From NCBI GenBank assembly GCA_041497895.1, contig JBGQHJ010000036.1, positions 1 to 34,729 of the forward strand: 34,729 nucleotides of DNA. Direction: 5' to 3'. The notes below the pieces were generated by a model. It was not told where the DNA came from, did no database searches, and saw nothing but the letters and a program-made list of their open reading frames with translations. Of the stretch, positions 25,033-33,898 are shown piece after piece. How positions within the stretch are numbered: the first letter of the stretch is position 1; each line of letters begins with the position of its first letter. Made by a program: the position numbers and the translations under genes. Source of the stretch: Candidatus Methylomirabilia bacterium (GTDB lineage Bacteria > Methylomirabilota > Methylomirabilia > Rokubacteriales > CSP1-6).

Positions 25033-25914
25033 CTACTGGGCCCGCCCGAAGAGGCCCGCCGGCTTCACGAGCAGGACCAGCGCCATGATGACGAAGATCA
25101 CGGTGTTGGAGGCCTCCGGGTAGAAGACCTTGGTCAGCCCCTCGATGAGCCCGAGGCCGAAGCCGGTCACGATGGAGCCCAGGATCGAGCCCATGCCGCC
25201 GATGACGACCACCGCGAAGACCACGATGATGAGGTCGGCGCCCATCAGCGGGTTCACCTGGTAGATCGGCGCGGCCAGCACCCCGGCCATCGCGGCCAGG
25301 GCCACGCCGAAGCCGTAGGTGAGCGTGATCATCCGCGGCACGTTCACGCCGAAGGCCTGCACCAGGGCCGGGTTCTCGGTGGCCGCGCGCAGGTAGGAGC
25401 CGAGCTTGGTGCGCTCGATCACGAACCAGGTGGCCAGGCAGATCACGAGCGAGAACACGATGACCCAGGCGCGATAGTTCGGCAGGATCATGAAGCCCAG
25501 GTTGCGGCCCCCGGTGAGCTGCGAGGGGATCGCGTAGGGCAGGCCCGAGGAGCCGAAGCGGTTCCGGAAGAGGCCCTGGATGATCAGGCCGAGGCCGAAG
25601 GTCAGCAGCAGCCCGTAGAGATGGTCGAGCGCATAAAGCCGCCCGAGCATCAGGCGCTCCATCACCACGCCCAGGATCCCCACCGCGATCGGCGCCAGGA
25701 GCAGGGCCCACCAGTAGCCGAGCCCGACTTCCTGCAGGAGGAAGTAGGCCACGAAGGCGCCCATCATGTACTGGGCCCCGTGGGTGAAGTTGATGATGTT
25801 GAGCAGCCCGAAGATCACCGAGAGGCCGAGGCTCAGCATGGCGTAGAACGAGCCGTTGATGAGCCCGATCAGGAGCTGGCCGAAGAGGGCCTGGGGCGGG
25901 ATCCCGAAGATCAT
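25033..25914 (-). CDS. livH: Branched-chain amino acid-type ABC permease (LivH), cassette C
   Basis: GLLNIINFTHG, LRAATEN, VIGGMGS, KPAGLFG; start placed at ATG 25914 because the longer ORF starts inside the repeat. Confidence 0.9.
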   Translation of the reverse strand: MIFGIPPQALFGQLLIGLINGSFYAMLSLGLSVIFGLLNIINFTHGAQYMMGAFVAYFLLQEVGLGYWWALLLAPIAVGILGVVMERLMLGRLYALDHLYGLLLTFGLGLIIQGLFRNRFGSSGLPYAIPSQLTGGRNLGFMILPNYRAWVIVFSLVICLATWFVIERTKLGSYLRAATENPALVQAFGVNVPRMITLTYGFGVALAAMAGVLAAPIYQVNPLMGADLIIVVFAVVVIGGMGSILGSIVTGFGLGLIEGLTKVFYPEASNTVIFVIMALVLLVKPAGLFGRAQ

Positions 25915-25923
25915 GCGGGTCTT

Positions 25924-26005
25924 CCCCTCACCCTGCCCTCTCCCCCGAGGGAAGAGGGTTGTCGACATCCCTCTTCCCGTCGCGGGGAGAGGGCAGGGTG
26001 AGGGG
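25924..26005. repeat. REP-like doublet (REPIN/BIME-like) forming an 82-bp near-perfect palindrome
   Basis: 22-bp perfect outer IR cccctcaccctgccctctcccc, 10-bp inner IR gggaagaggg/ccctcttccc, central tgtcgaca. Confidence 0.9.
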
Positions 26006-26010
26006 CGTGT

Positions 26011-27222
26011 TTACTTCTTCACCAGCGGGCAGTCGCCCTGGTCGATGGGGCGGAAGGCCTGCTCGACCGGGATGGTGGCGCGCAGCTTGTAGTAGTCCCA
26101 CGGCGCCTTCGACTCCGAGGGCTTCTTGACCTCGAACAGGTACATGGGGTGGAGCTTGCGACCGTCGGCCCGGATCGTCCCCTTGCCGAACAGCGGGTCG
26201 TCGGTCGGGGTCTCCTTCATCTTGGCGATGACCTTGGTCCCGTCGTCGCTCTTGAGCGCCTCGACCGCCTTCAGGTAGTGCAGGACCGCCGCGTACACCC
26301 CGGCGTGGATCATGGTCGGGTGGATGTCGCGGTCCAGCTCCGCGAACCGCTTGGAGAAGGCCCGGGTCTTGTCGTTCATGTCCCAGTAGAAGGCCTCGGT
26401 GAAGATCAGGCCCTGGGCGGTCTGGAGCCCCAGCGCGTGCACGTCGGTGATGAACACCAGCAGCCCGGCGAGGCTCTGCCCGCCCTTGACGATGCCGAAC
26501 TCGGCGGCCTGCTTGATGGCGTTGGTGGTGTCGCCGCCCGCGTTGGCCAGCCCGATGATCTTGGCCTTGGAGGCCTGGGCCTGGAGCAGGAAGGACGAGA
26601 AATCGGCGTTGTTCAGCGGGTGCCGCACCTTGCCCAGCACCTTGCCCCCGTTCTTGACCACCACCGCCTCGGTGTCGCGCTCGAGGGCGTGGCCGAACGC
26701 GTAGTCCGCGGTGAGGAAGAACCAGGAGTCGCCGCCGGTCTTCACGATCGCGCTGCCGGTGCCGTTGGCGAGCGCCCAGGTGTCATAGGTCCAGTGCACG
26801 GTGTTGGGCGAGCACGCCTTGCCGGTGAGGTCGGAGGAGGCCGCCCCCGAGACGAGGAACGCCTTGCCCTTCTCCTTGACGATCTGGTTCACCGCGAGCG
26901 CGACCGCCGAGTTCGGCGTGTCCACGATGACGTCCACCTTGTCGGAGTCGAGCCACTGCCGCGCGATGCCCGAGCCCACGTCCGCCTTGTTCTGGTGGTC
27001 GGCCGAGATGATCTCGACCTTCATCCCCTTCTTGGCGGCCCCGAAGTCCTCCACCGCCATCCGGGCCGCGATCACCGAGCCCTGGCCGGAGAGATCGGCG
27101 TAGAGGCTCGACATGTCGGTGAGCACCCCGATCTTGATGACGGCGTCGGAGATCTGGGCCTGGGCGGGGGGAGCGGCGACAAGCCCGAGCGCGGCCATGA
27201 TGACGAGCCAGTACTTGATCAT
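26011..27222 (-). CDS. ABC transporter substrate-binding protein (LivK-like), cassette C
   Basis: Signal peptide, KIGVLTDMSS, ADHQNK, LTADYAFG, FSSFLLQAQAS; AAGGAAAGGA SD. Confidence 0.92.
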   Translation of the reverse strand: MIKYWLVIMAALGLVAAPPAQAQISDAVIKIGVLTDMSSLYADLSGQGSVIAARMAVEDFGAAKKGMKVEIISADHQNKADVGSGIARQWLDSDKVDVIVDTPNSAVALAVNQIVKEKGKAFLVSGAASSDLTGKACSPNTVHWTYDTWALANGTGSAIVKTGGDSWFFLTADYAFGHALERDTEAVVVKNGGKVLGKVRHPLNNADFSSFLLQAQASKAKIIGLANAGGDTTNAIKQAAEFGIVKGGQSLAGLLVFITDVHALGLQTAQGLIFTEAFYWDMNDKTRAFSKRFAELDRDIHPTMIHAGVYAAVLHYLKAVEALKSDDGTKVIAKMKETPTDDPLFGKGTIRADGRKLHPMYLFEVKKPSESKAPWDYYKLRATIPVEQAFRPIDQGDCPLVKK

Positions 27223-27258
27223 GCGTTGATTCCTTTCCTTGCGGTTGAGCGACGCGCG

Positions 27259-27264
27259 ATTATA
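27259..27264 (-). promoter_or_regulatory. Putative internal -10 box (TATAAT) overlapping the livF stop, upstream of the binding-protein gene
   Basis: Minus strand GGGG-TATAAT; the last codons GTA TAA are unusual for this GC-rich region. Confidence 0.6.
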
Positions 27265-27964
27265 CCCCGAGGTAGTCGTGCAGCTTCGCGGTCTGGGCGG
27301 GGACGTCGGCGTTGCCGATCATGTCCACCACGCGCCCCCGCTCCATGACGTAGTGCCGGTCGGCCACCGTGGCCGCGAACCGGAAGTTCTGCTCGACCAG
27401 CAGGATCGTGAAGCCCTGGGCCTTGAGCCGCCGGATCGTCATCCGGATCTGGTGGACGATGACCGGGGCGAGGCCCTCGGTCGGCTCGTCCAGCAGCAGC
27501 AGGCGGGCGCCGGTGCGCAGGATACGTCCGATGGCCAGCATCTGCTGCTCGCCGCCGGAGAGCTTGGTGCCCTGGCTCCGCCCCCGCTCCCGCAGGTTCG
27601 GGAAGAGCTCGTAGATCGCGTCGAGGCCGAGCCCGCCCGGCTGCACCACCGGGGGCAGGAGCAGGTTCTCCTCCACGGTGAGGCTCGCGAAGATGCCGCG
27701 CTCCTCCGGGCAGAAGGCGAGGCCCCGGCGGGCGATGAGGTTGGACGGGCGGTCGATCAGCTCCTCGCCGCGGAAGCGGACCGAGCCGGTGCGCCACGGC
27801 ACGATGCCCATCACCGACTTCAGCGTGGTGGTCTTGCCGGCCCCGTTGCGGCCCAGGAGGGTCACCACCTCCCCGGCCCGCACCTCGAAGTCCACCCCGT
27901 GGAGCACGTGGGACTCCCCGTACCAGGCGTGGAGGTCGGCCACCTGCAGGAAGGACTCACTCAT
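27260..27964 (-). CDS. livF: HAAT ABC transporter ATP-binding protein (LivF), cassette C
   Basis: GRNGAGKT, LSGGEQQ, LLLDEPTEGLAP, VEQN; ATG at 27964. Confidence 0.92.
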   Translation of the reverse strand: MSESFLQVADLHAWYGESHVLHGVDFEVRAGEVVTLLGRNGAGKTTTLKSVMGIVPWRTGSVRFRGEELIDRPSNLIARRGLAFCPEERGIFASLTVEENLLLPPVVQPGGLGLDAIYELFPNLRERGRSQGTKLSGGEQQMLAIGRILRTGARLLLLDEPTEGLAPVIVHQIRMTIRRLKAQGFTILLVEQNFRFAATVADRHYVMERGRVVDMIGNADVPAQTAKLHDYLGV

Positions 27965-28712
27965 GGCCGACGCCCAGGTAGGCCTGCACCACCTCGGGAT
28001 GGGCGGACACCGTCGCGTAGTCACCCTCGGCGAGGATCTCCCCGCGGGCCAGCACCGTGATGGTGTCGGAGAGGTGCTCGACCACGTTCAGGTTGTGCTC
28101 CACCATCAGCACGGTGCGGTTCTTCGCCACCTGCTTGATCAGGGCCGAGATGCGATCGACGTCCTCGTGGGCCATCCCGGCGGTCGGCTCGTCCAGCAGC
28201 ATCATCTCCGGGTCGAGCGCGAGCGTGGTCGCGATCTCGAGCGCGCGCTTGCGCCCGTAGGGCAGCTCGACCGCGAGGGTCCCCGCGAAGCCGTGGAGTC
28301 CCACCGCGGCGAGCAGCTCGAGCGCGCGCGCCCGCAGGTCGTCGAGCACGCGCTCCGAGCGCCAGAAGTCGAAGGAACGCCCGCGACGCCGCTGGAGCGC
28401 GATGCGCACGTTCTCGAGGGCGGTGAGGTGCGGGAACACCGCCGAGATCTGGAAGGACCGCACCAGGCCGAGCCGGGCGATCTCGGCCGGCCGGCGGCCG
28501 GTGATGTCGCGCCCGTTGAACGTGATCTGCCCGCTGGTGGGGACCAGGAAGTGGGTCAGCAGGTTGAAGCAGGTCGTCTTGCCCGCGCCGTTGGGGCCGA
28601 TGAGGGCGTGGATGGTCCCGCGGCGCACCCGCAGGCTCACGTCGCGCACCGCGATGAACCCGCGGAACTCCTTGGTGAGCCCGCGGGTCTCCAGGATGAC
28701 GTCGGCGGCCAT
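27957..28712 (-). CDS. livG: HAAT ABC transporter ATP-binding protein (LivG), cassette C
   Basis: GPNGAGKT, VRSFQ, LLDEPTAG, VEHN, AYLG. Confidence 0.92.
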   Translation of the reverse strand: MAADVILETRGLTKEFRGFIAVRDVSLRVRRGTIHALIGPNGAGKTTCFNLLTHFLVPTSGQITFNGRDITGRRPAEIARLGLVRSFQISAVFPHLTALENVRIALQRRRGRSFDFWRSERVLDDLRARALELLAAVGLHGFAGTLAVELPYGRKRALEIATTLALDPEMMLLDEPTAGMAHEDVDRISALIKQVAKNRTVLMVEHNLNVVEHLSDTITVLARGEILAEGDYATVSAHPEVVQAYLGVGHE

Positions 28713-28715
28713 CGG

Positions 28716-29507
28716 CTAGGGCCGGCGCGTCCCCGACGGCGGCGGATAGAAGCGCGCGTCCCGGCGTTCGTCCCAGGCCCGGTTGGCCTCGTCCATCTCC
28801 CAGGACTCCATGCACTCGTTCTGGGCCCGCACCACGTCCTCGATCAGCTCGCGCGGATCGCGGTGAAAGGACGCGTGCAGCAGGCGCTTGGCGTGTCCGG
28901 TCGCGGTGCGCGAGGAGTGGAAGGCCTTCTCGACGATCCCGGCGAGGGTCGTGTCCACCGCCGCAGGCTCGACCACCCAGTTGACCAGGCCCATGGCGAG
29001 AGCCGCCGCGGGGGTGACGTGGTCATTGAGCAGGGTCAGCTCCTTGGCGCGCCCGAGCCCCACGATGCGGGCCAGGCGAAGAATCGACCCGTCGGGGATG
29101 AGGCCGTGGCGCGTGGCCCCGAGGCCCAGCACCGCGTCGGTGGTAGCCAGGCGCAGGTCGCAGGCCACCGCGAGCTGCAGCCCGCCCCCGATCGAGTAGC
29201 CGTGCAGCACCGCGACCGAGAGCTTGTCCATGTCCTCGAGACGGTTGAGGGCGCGGATCCAGTTGCGGTAGAACGCCTCGCTGATCCCCCCCGCCGACAG
29301 CACGGTGCGGTCCATGCCCGAGCAGAAGGCGCGGCCCGCGCCGCGGACCACCACCACCCAGACTGCCTCGTCCCGGGCCGCGGTCTCCACCGCCTGGGCC
29401 AGCTCGGCGGACAGCGCGAGGTCGAGCGCGTTGAGCACCCGCGGCCGGGAGAGCGTGATGGTGGCGACGCCCTCGCGCGCCTCGTAAGTCACCCGCGCCT
29501 CGCTCAC
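28716..29507 (-). CDS. Enoyl-CoA hydratase/isomerase (crotonase) family protein
   Basis: TLSRPRVLNAL, GRAFCSGMD, GGGLQLAVACDLR, GLIPDG, GLVNWVV. Confidence 0.9.
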   Translation of the reverse strand: MSEARVTYEAREGVATITLSRPRVLNALDLALSAELAQAVETAARDEAVWVVVVRGAGRAFCSGMDRTVLSAGGISEAFYRNWIRALNRLEDMDKLSVAVLHGYSIGGGLQLAVACDLRLATTDAVLGLGATRHGLIPDGSILRLARIVGLGRAKELTLLNDHVTPAAALAMGLVNWVVEPAAVDTTLAGIVEKAFHSSRTATGHAKRLLHASFHRDPRELIEDVVRAQNECMESWEMDEANRAWDERRDARFYPPPSGTRRP

Positions 29508-29509
29508 GG

Positions 29510-30658
29510 CTAGCTCCGCGCCCCCAGGATCTCGCGGGCGATGACCATGCGCTGGATCTCCGACGTCCCCTCGCCGATCTCGGTCAGCTTGGCGTCGCGG
29601 AAGATCCGCTCGATGGGGAACTCGGTGATGTAGCCGGCGCCCCCGTGGATCTGCAGCGCCTTGGTGGCCGCCTTCATCGCGACCTCCGAGGCGAACACCT
29701 TGGCCATGGACGCGGCCACCTTGGCGGGCCGGCCCGCGTCCTTGAGGACGGCCGCGCGCAACGTGAGCAGGCGGGCCGCCTCCACCTCGGTGCCGATCTC
29801 GGCGATCATCCCCTGGAGCCCGTTGAACTCGGCAAGGGTCTTGCCGAACGCGGACCGCTGCTTCATGTACTTGACCGCCTCGTCGAGGGCTCCCTGGGCG
29901 ATGCCGACCGCCATCGCGGCCATGGCGACCCGTCCGCCTTCGAGCACCTGCATGGTATTCACGAAGCCCCGGTCACGCTCCCCGCAGAGCGCGCTCGCGG
30001 CGACGCGCACGTTGTCCAGGTGGAGCTCGGCGGTGTTGGAGGCGTGCAGCCCGAGCTTGCGGTAGGGCTTGCCGGCGCTGAAGCCGGGCGTGCCCCGGTC
30101 CAGGATGAACGCGGAGATGCCCTTGTTGCCGCGCGCCGGATCGGTCACCGCCATCACCACCGCCACCTCCGACACGCTCGCGTTGGTGATGAACGCCTTG
30201 CTGCCGTTGAGCACGAAGTGCTCGCCGTCCTGGACCGCCCGCGTGCGCATGGCCGCCGCGTCGGAGCCCGAGCCCGGCTCGGTGAGGCCCCAGGCCCCGA
30301 GCGCCTCCCCGCGGGCCAGCCGCGGCAGGTAGCGGGCCTTCTGCTCCGGGGAGCCGAAGAGCGTGATGTGGTTCGTGCAGAGCGAGTTGTGGGCCCACAT
30401 CGTGATGCCGACCGAGGCGTCCACCCGGTTCAGCTCCTCGACCGCGAGGGCGTAGGAGACGTAGTCGAGCGCGGCGCCCCCGTACTCCTCGGGCACCAGT
30501 GCCCCCAGCAGCCCGGTGCCGGCGAGCTTGGCGAGGATCTCGTGGGGAAACTCCTGGGCCTCGTCGAAGTGGTGGATCACCGGCGCCACCTCGCGCACCG
30601 CGAAGTCGCGGGCGAGAGCGCGCACCTCCTGCTGCTCGGGCGTCAGGGCGAAGTTCAT
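29510..30658 (-). CDS. Acyl-CoA dehydrogenase (short/branched-chain type)
   Basis: WGLTEPGSGSD, LNGSKAFITN, QIHGGAGY, IGEGTSEIQ; ATGA overlap with the upstream gene. Confidence 0.93.
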   Translation of the reverse strand: MNFALTPEQQEVRALARDFAVREVAPVIHHFDEAQEFPHEILAKLAGTGLLGALVPEEYGGAALDYVSYALAVEELNRVDASVGITMWAHNSLCTNHITLFGSPEQKARYLPRLARGEALGAWGLTEPGSGSDAAAMRTRAVQDGEHFVLNGSKAFITNASVSEVAVVMAVTDPARGNKGISAFILDRGTPGFSAGKPYRKLGLHASNTAELHLDNVRVAASALCGERDRGFVNTMQVLEGGRVAMAAMAVGIAQGALDEAVKYMKQRSAFGKTLAEFNGLQGMIAEIGTEVEAARLLTLRAAVLKDAGRPAKVAASMAKVFASEVAMKAATKALQIHGGAGYITEFPIERIFRDAKLTEIGEGTSEIQRMVIAREILGARS

Positions 30659-31434
30659 CGCTCGCGCCGCGCCACCAGGATCGCGACCGGGTACGCGAAG
30701 TGGATGGCCCCGTCGATGCGGCGCGCGCCGACCCCCAGCGCGTCCGCGGCCAGCGACTCCGCGAAGAGGGCCCGGATCCGGTCCGCGTCGCCCGGCTCGG
30801 GGAACGAGCGCGACAGCAGACCCTCCATCTCGGATCGCAGCTCGCACCGCGTGACCGCCGGCGCGGGCAGGCCGGCCGCCGCGAAGAGCCCGGTCAGCTC
30901 GGCGAGCGACAGGGCGCGCGCATGCGACGGGTCCCGCAGCTTCTCCATCCGGTTGAACGCGGCCGCCCGCGCCGGATCCGGCGAGACCGCCGCGTCCGCC
31001 ACCACCACGCGGCCCCCGGGGGCGCCCACTCGCACCATCTCGCCCAGCACCGCGCCGGGGTCCGGGAAGTGGTGGAACGCGAAGCGCGAGACCACCAGGG
31101 AGAAGGTTCCGTCCTCGAAGGGCAGCGGCCGGACGTCACCGACGGTCAGGGTCACGTTGGCGAGCCCGCGCTCGCGGACGAGCGCCCAGGCCCGGTCGAT
31201 CATCGCGGGGGTGAGGTCGATGCCGGTCACGTGACCGGCGACCCGCGCGAAGGCGGCCGCGACCGGCCCGGGCCCGCACGCCACGTCGAGAACGGAGTCG
31301 GCCGGCCCGGCCCCGCTCGCGGTCACGAGCAGGCGCAGCGCCTCCTCGTCGCGGATGCCGGGCGAGGTCGAGAACGGCACCGCCTGCCGCGTGAACTGAT
31401 CGAGGATCGCCTGGCGATTGTCCGGCTGAGGCAT
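30655..31434 (-). CDS. Class I SAM-dependent methyltransferase
   Basis: VLDVACGPG, GIDLT, LPFEDGTFSLV, FAFHHFPDP, RV..PGG. Confidence 0.9.
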   Translation of the reverse strand: MPQPDNRQAILDQFTRQAVPFSTSPGIRDEEALRLLVTASGAGPADSVLDVACGPGPVAAAFARVAGHVTGIDLTPAMIDRAWALVRERGLANVTLTVGDVRPLPFEDGTFSLVVSRFAFHHFPDPGAVLGEMVRVGAPGGRVVVADAAVSPDPARAAAFNRMEKLRDPSHARALSLAELTGLFAAAGLPAPAVTRCELRSEMEGLLSRSFPEPGDADRIRALFAESLAADALGVGARRIDGAIHFAYPVAILVARRER

Positions 31435-31448
31435 GGCGCTCGGCGCGG

Positions 31449-31853
31449 CTAGACGGTCGCCCGGATGTTCTCGCGGACGAACCGGATGATGTCCTGGGTG
31501 GAGGTCCCCGGGGTGAAGAGCTCCTTCACTCCGAGGGCCTTGAGGGCCTGGATGTCGTCCTGGGGGATGATGCCGCCGCCGAAGACCGCGATGTCGTCGG
31601 CGCCCTTGGCCTTGAGCAGGTCGAGCACGCGGCCGAACAGGTAGTTGTGGGCGCCCGAGAGCACGGAGAGCCCGATGGCGTCCACGTCCTCCTGCACCGC
31701 GGTGGCCACGATCTGCTCGGGCGTCTGGTGCAGCCCGGTGTAGATCACCTCGAAGCCCGCGTCTCGCAGCGCCCGCGCCACGATCTTCGCGCCGCGGTCG
31801 TGCCCATCGAGCCCGGGCTTCGCCACCAGCACGCGGATCTTTCGCTCGGCCAT
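31449..31853 (-). CDS. Acyl-CoA (methylmalonyl-/isobutyryl-CoA) mutase small subunit, B12-binding domain
   Basis: [11 protein letters not shown] (DxHxxG), [19 protein letters not shown]. Confidence 0.93.
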   Translation of the reverse strand: MAERKIRVLVAKPGLDGHDRGAKIVARALRDAGFEVIYTGLHQTPEQIVATAVQEDVDAIGLSVLSGAHNYLFGRVLDLLKAKGADDIAVFGGGIIPQDDIQALKALGVKELFTPGTSTQDIIRFVRENIRATV

Positions 31854-31868
31854 GGTCGGTCCCCCGTT

Positions 31869-32282
31869 TCAGCGCAGGAGCGCGCGGATGCGCTCGCCCG
31901 CCTTCATGATCTGGTCCCGGTGACCGGGTACCAGCTTCCAGTCGAAGCCCTTGCCGTCGTTGGCCCAGCGCGGGATGAGGTGCAGGTGGAAGTGCGGTAC
32001 CGACTGGAAGGCGGCGGCGCCGTTGGCCTGGAGCATGTTGAGCCCGTCGGGCGCGAGCGCCTCGCGGATGGCCCGCGCCACCTGCTGGGCGGTCGCGATC
32101 GCCGCGTGCAGGTCCTCGAGGTCCGCCTCGAAGAGGGTGGCCGCGTGCACCTTGGGGATCACCAGGCAGTGCCCCGGGCCGAGCGGGTTGATGTCCATGA
32201 AGGCAAGGGTCCGGTCGTCCTCGAAGACCTTCATCGAGGGAATCTGCCCGTCCCGGATCTTGCAGAAGACGCAGTCGGTCAT
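31869..32282 (-). CDS. HIT (histidine triad) family protein
   Basis: DCVFCKI, AFMDINP..PGHCLVIPK, QSVPHFHLHLIPR; ATGA overlap. Confidence 0.92.
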   Translation of the reverse strand: MTDCVFCKIRDGQIPSMKVFEDDRTLAFMDINPLGPGHCLVIPKVHAATLFEADLEDLHAAIATAQQVARAIREALAPDGLNMLQANGAAAFQSVPHFHLHLIPRWANDGKGFDWKLVPGHRDQIMKAGERIRALLR

Positions 32283-32800
32283 CGCGGCCCTCCCGCCGGC
32301 CCGGCGCTTCGCCCGGCCACCTGGGCCAGGACGTCCTCCATCCGCCGACCGAAGATCTGCGGCGGCTCCACCCCGGCCAGGGCCAGGTAGCAGTCGAGCT
32401 GGCTGCGATGATGGACCTCGTGCTCCACCATCGCCATCAGGAATCGCCAGGCCTTCACGGTGGCGCCGTCGAGGTCGCGCCGCGGGCTCACGAGCGTCCC
32501 GTCGTCGAGCCCGGCCAGCCGCGCCATCTCGTCCCGGTGCACGGACTCGAGCCGGGCCCGGGTCTGCGCGTGGTCCAGCGCGGGCCCGGGGTCCAGGTCC
32601 TCGGTGAACCGGTCCTCCACCATCTTGGTCACGAAGAACCGCTCGGCCCCCGCGAGGTGCCGCACGATCTCCCCGCACGTCATCTCGCCGGGTCGCGGGG
32701 CCCAGTCGAGGAGCTCGGGCCCGACCCGGTCGACGGCGACCCAGGTCCGGCGGCGCACGCCGTCCCAGTACCGGGCGAACTCGGCGACCGAGCCGATCAT
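32279..32800 (-). CDS. DinB family protein
   Basis: GEIVRHLA and EHEVHHRSQL, the His triad typical of the DinB/YfiT four-helix bundle. Confidence 0.85.
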   Translation of the reverse strand: MIGSVAEFARYWDGVRRRTWVAVDRVGPELLDWAPRPGEMTCGEIVRHLAGAERFFVTKMVEDRFTEDLDPGPALDHAQTRARLESVHRDEMARLAGLDDGTLVSPRRDLDGATVKAWRFLMAMVEHEVHHRSQLDCYLALAGVEPPQIFGRRMEDVLAQVAGRSAGPAGGPR

Positions 32801-32818
32801 CGCGTCGCGGCCGGCCGC

Positions 32819-33886
32819 TCAGATCGCGAGCGTCCAGCCGTCCGGGTCCGGCGCCTTGCCGTACTGGATGGCCACGATGGCGTCGTAGAGCCGCTGGGTG
32901 AGCGGGCCGATCTTGCCCCCGTTGATCACCATCTTCTTGCCCTGGTAGGCGAGCTCGCCCACCGGCGAGATGACCGCGGCGGTGCCGGTGCCCCAGACCT
33001 CCTCCAGCTTGCCGCGGCCGTGGGCCTCCACCACCTCGTCGATCGAGACCTGGCGCTCGCTCACCTTGAGCCCCCACTTCCGCATGAGGGTGAGCGCGGA
33101 GTCGCGGGTCACGCCGGGCAGGATGGTCCCGGTCAGCGGCGGGGTGATGATCTCGTCGCCGATCTTCACCATGATGTTCATGGTGCCGACCTCGTCGAGG
33201 TACTTGCGGTGCACCCCGTCGAGCCACAGCACCTGGGTGAAGCCCTCGTGCTTGGCCTCGTCGCTCGCGAAGAGGCTGGCCGCGTAGTTGCCGGAGGTCT
33301 TGGCTCCCCCCACCCCGCCGTCCACCGCGCGGACGTACTTGTCGACCACCAGGATCTTGACCGGGGCCATGCCCTCCGGGTAGTACGCCCCGACCGGGGA
33401 GAGGATGACGAAGTAGATGTACGACCGGGCCGGCCGCACGCCCAGGAACGGCTCGCTCGCGATGATGGTGGGCCGGATGTAGAGCGAGGTGCCCACCGTG
33501 CTCGGCACCCAGTCGCGGTCCACGCCCACCACCGAGACCAGCGACTGCAGCACGAGGTCGGGATCGAGCGGGGGGATGCAGAGGCGCCGGGCCGAGTTGT
33601 TCATCCGCTCCACGTGCTTCTGCGGGCGGAAGAGGCGGATCTTGCCGTCGACCCCGCGGAAGGCCTTGAGGCCGTCGAAGATGGCCTGGGCGTAGTGCAG
33701 CACCGCGGTGGCCGGATCGAGGGAGAGCGGCCCGTACGGCTCGACTCGCGGGTCGTACCAGCCCTTCTCCTCCTGGAAGTCGGCCAGGAACATGTGGTCG
33801 GTGAAGATCTGCCCGAATCCCAGGTCGGCGTCCTTCGGCTTGGGCTTGCGGGTCGTGGATCGGTTGATCCGGATCGGCTCAGTCAT
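32819..33886 (-). CDS. ilvE: Branched-chain amino acid aminotransferase
   Basis: FGQIFTDHM, LHYAQAIFDGLKA, SLYIRP, AKTSGNY, EVGTMN, ILPGVTR, GTGTAAVISP. Confidence 0.95.
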   Translation of the reverse strand: MTEPIRINRSTTRKPKPKDADLGFGQIFTDHMFLADFQEEKGWYDPRVEPYGPLSLDPATAVLHYAQAIFDGLKAFRGVDGKIRLFRPQKHVERMNNSARRLCIPPLDPDLVLQSLVSVVGVDRDWVPSTVGTSLYIRPTIIASEPFLGVRPARSYIYFVILSPVGAYYPEGMAPVKILVVDKYVRAVDGGVGGAKTSGNYAASLFASDEAKHEGFTQVLWLDGVHRKYLDEVGTMNIMVKIGDEIITPPLTGTILPGVTRDSALTLMRKWGLKVSERQVSIDEVVEAHGRGKLEEVWGTGTAAVISPVGELAYQGKKMVINGGKIGPLTQRLYDAIVAIQYGKAPDPDGWTLAI

Positions 33887-33898
33887 GGCTCACTCTCC

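Noticed and set aside
25915..25968. N-terminal extension MSTTLFPRGRGQGEG of livH
   Set aside because: It is a translation of the REP palindrome; ATG 25914 gives a normal-length permease.
31869..33227. 452-aa ORF implying a large HIT fusion; similar extensions on PfkB (to 7164), livM (to 20368), the oxygenase (to 3849) and the ACAD (to 30847)
   Set aside because: The extensions overlap real upstream genes in another frame, and each has a closer coupled start codon.
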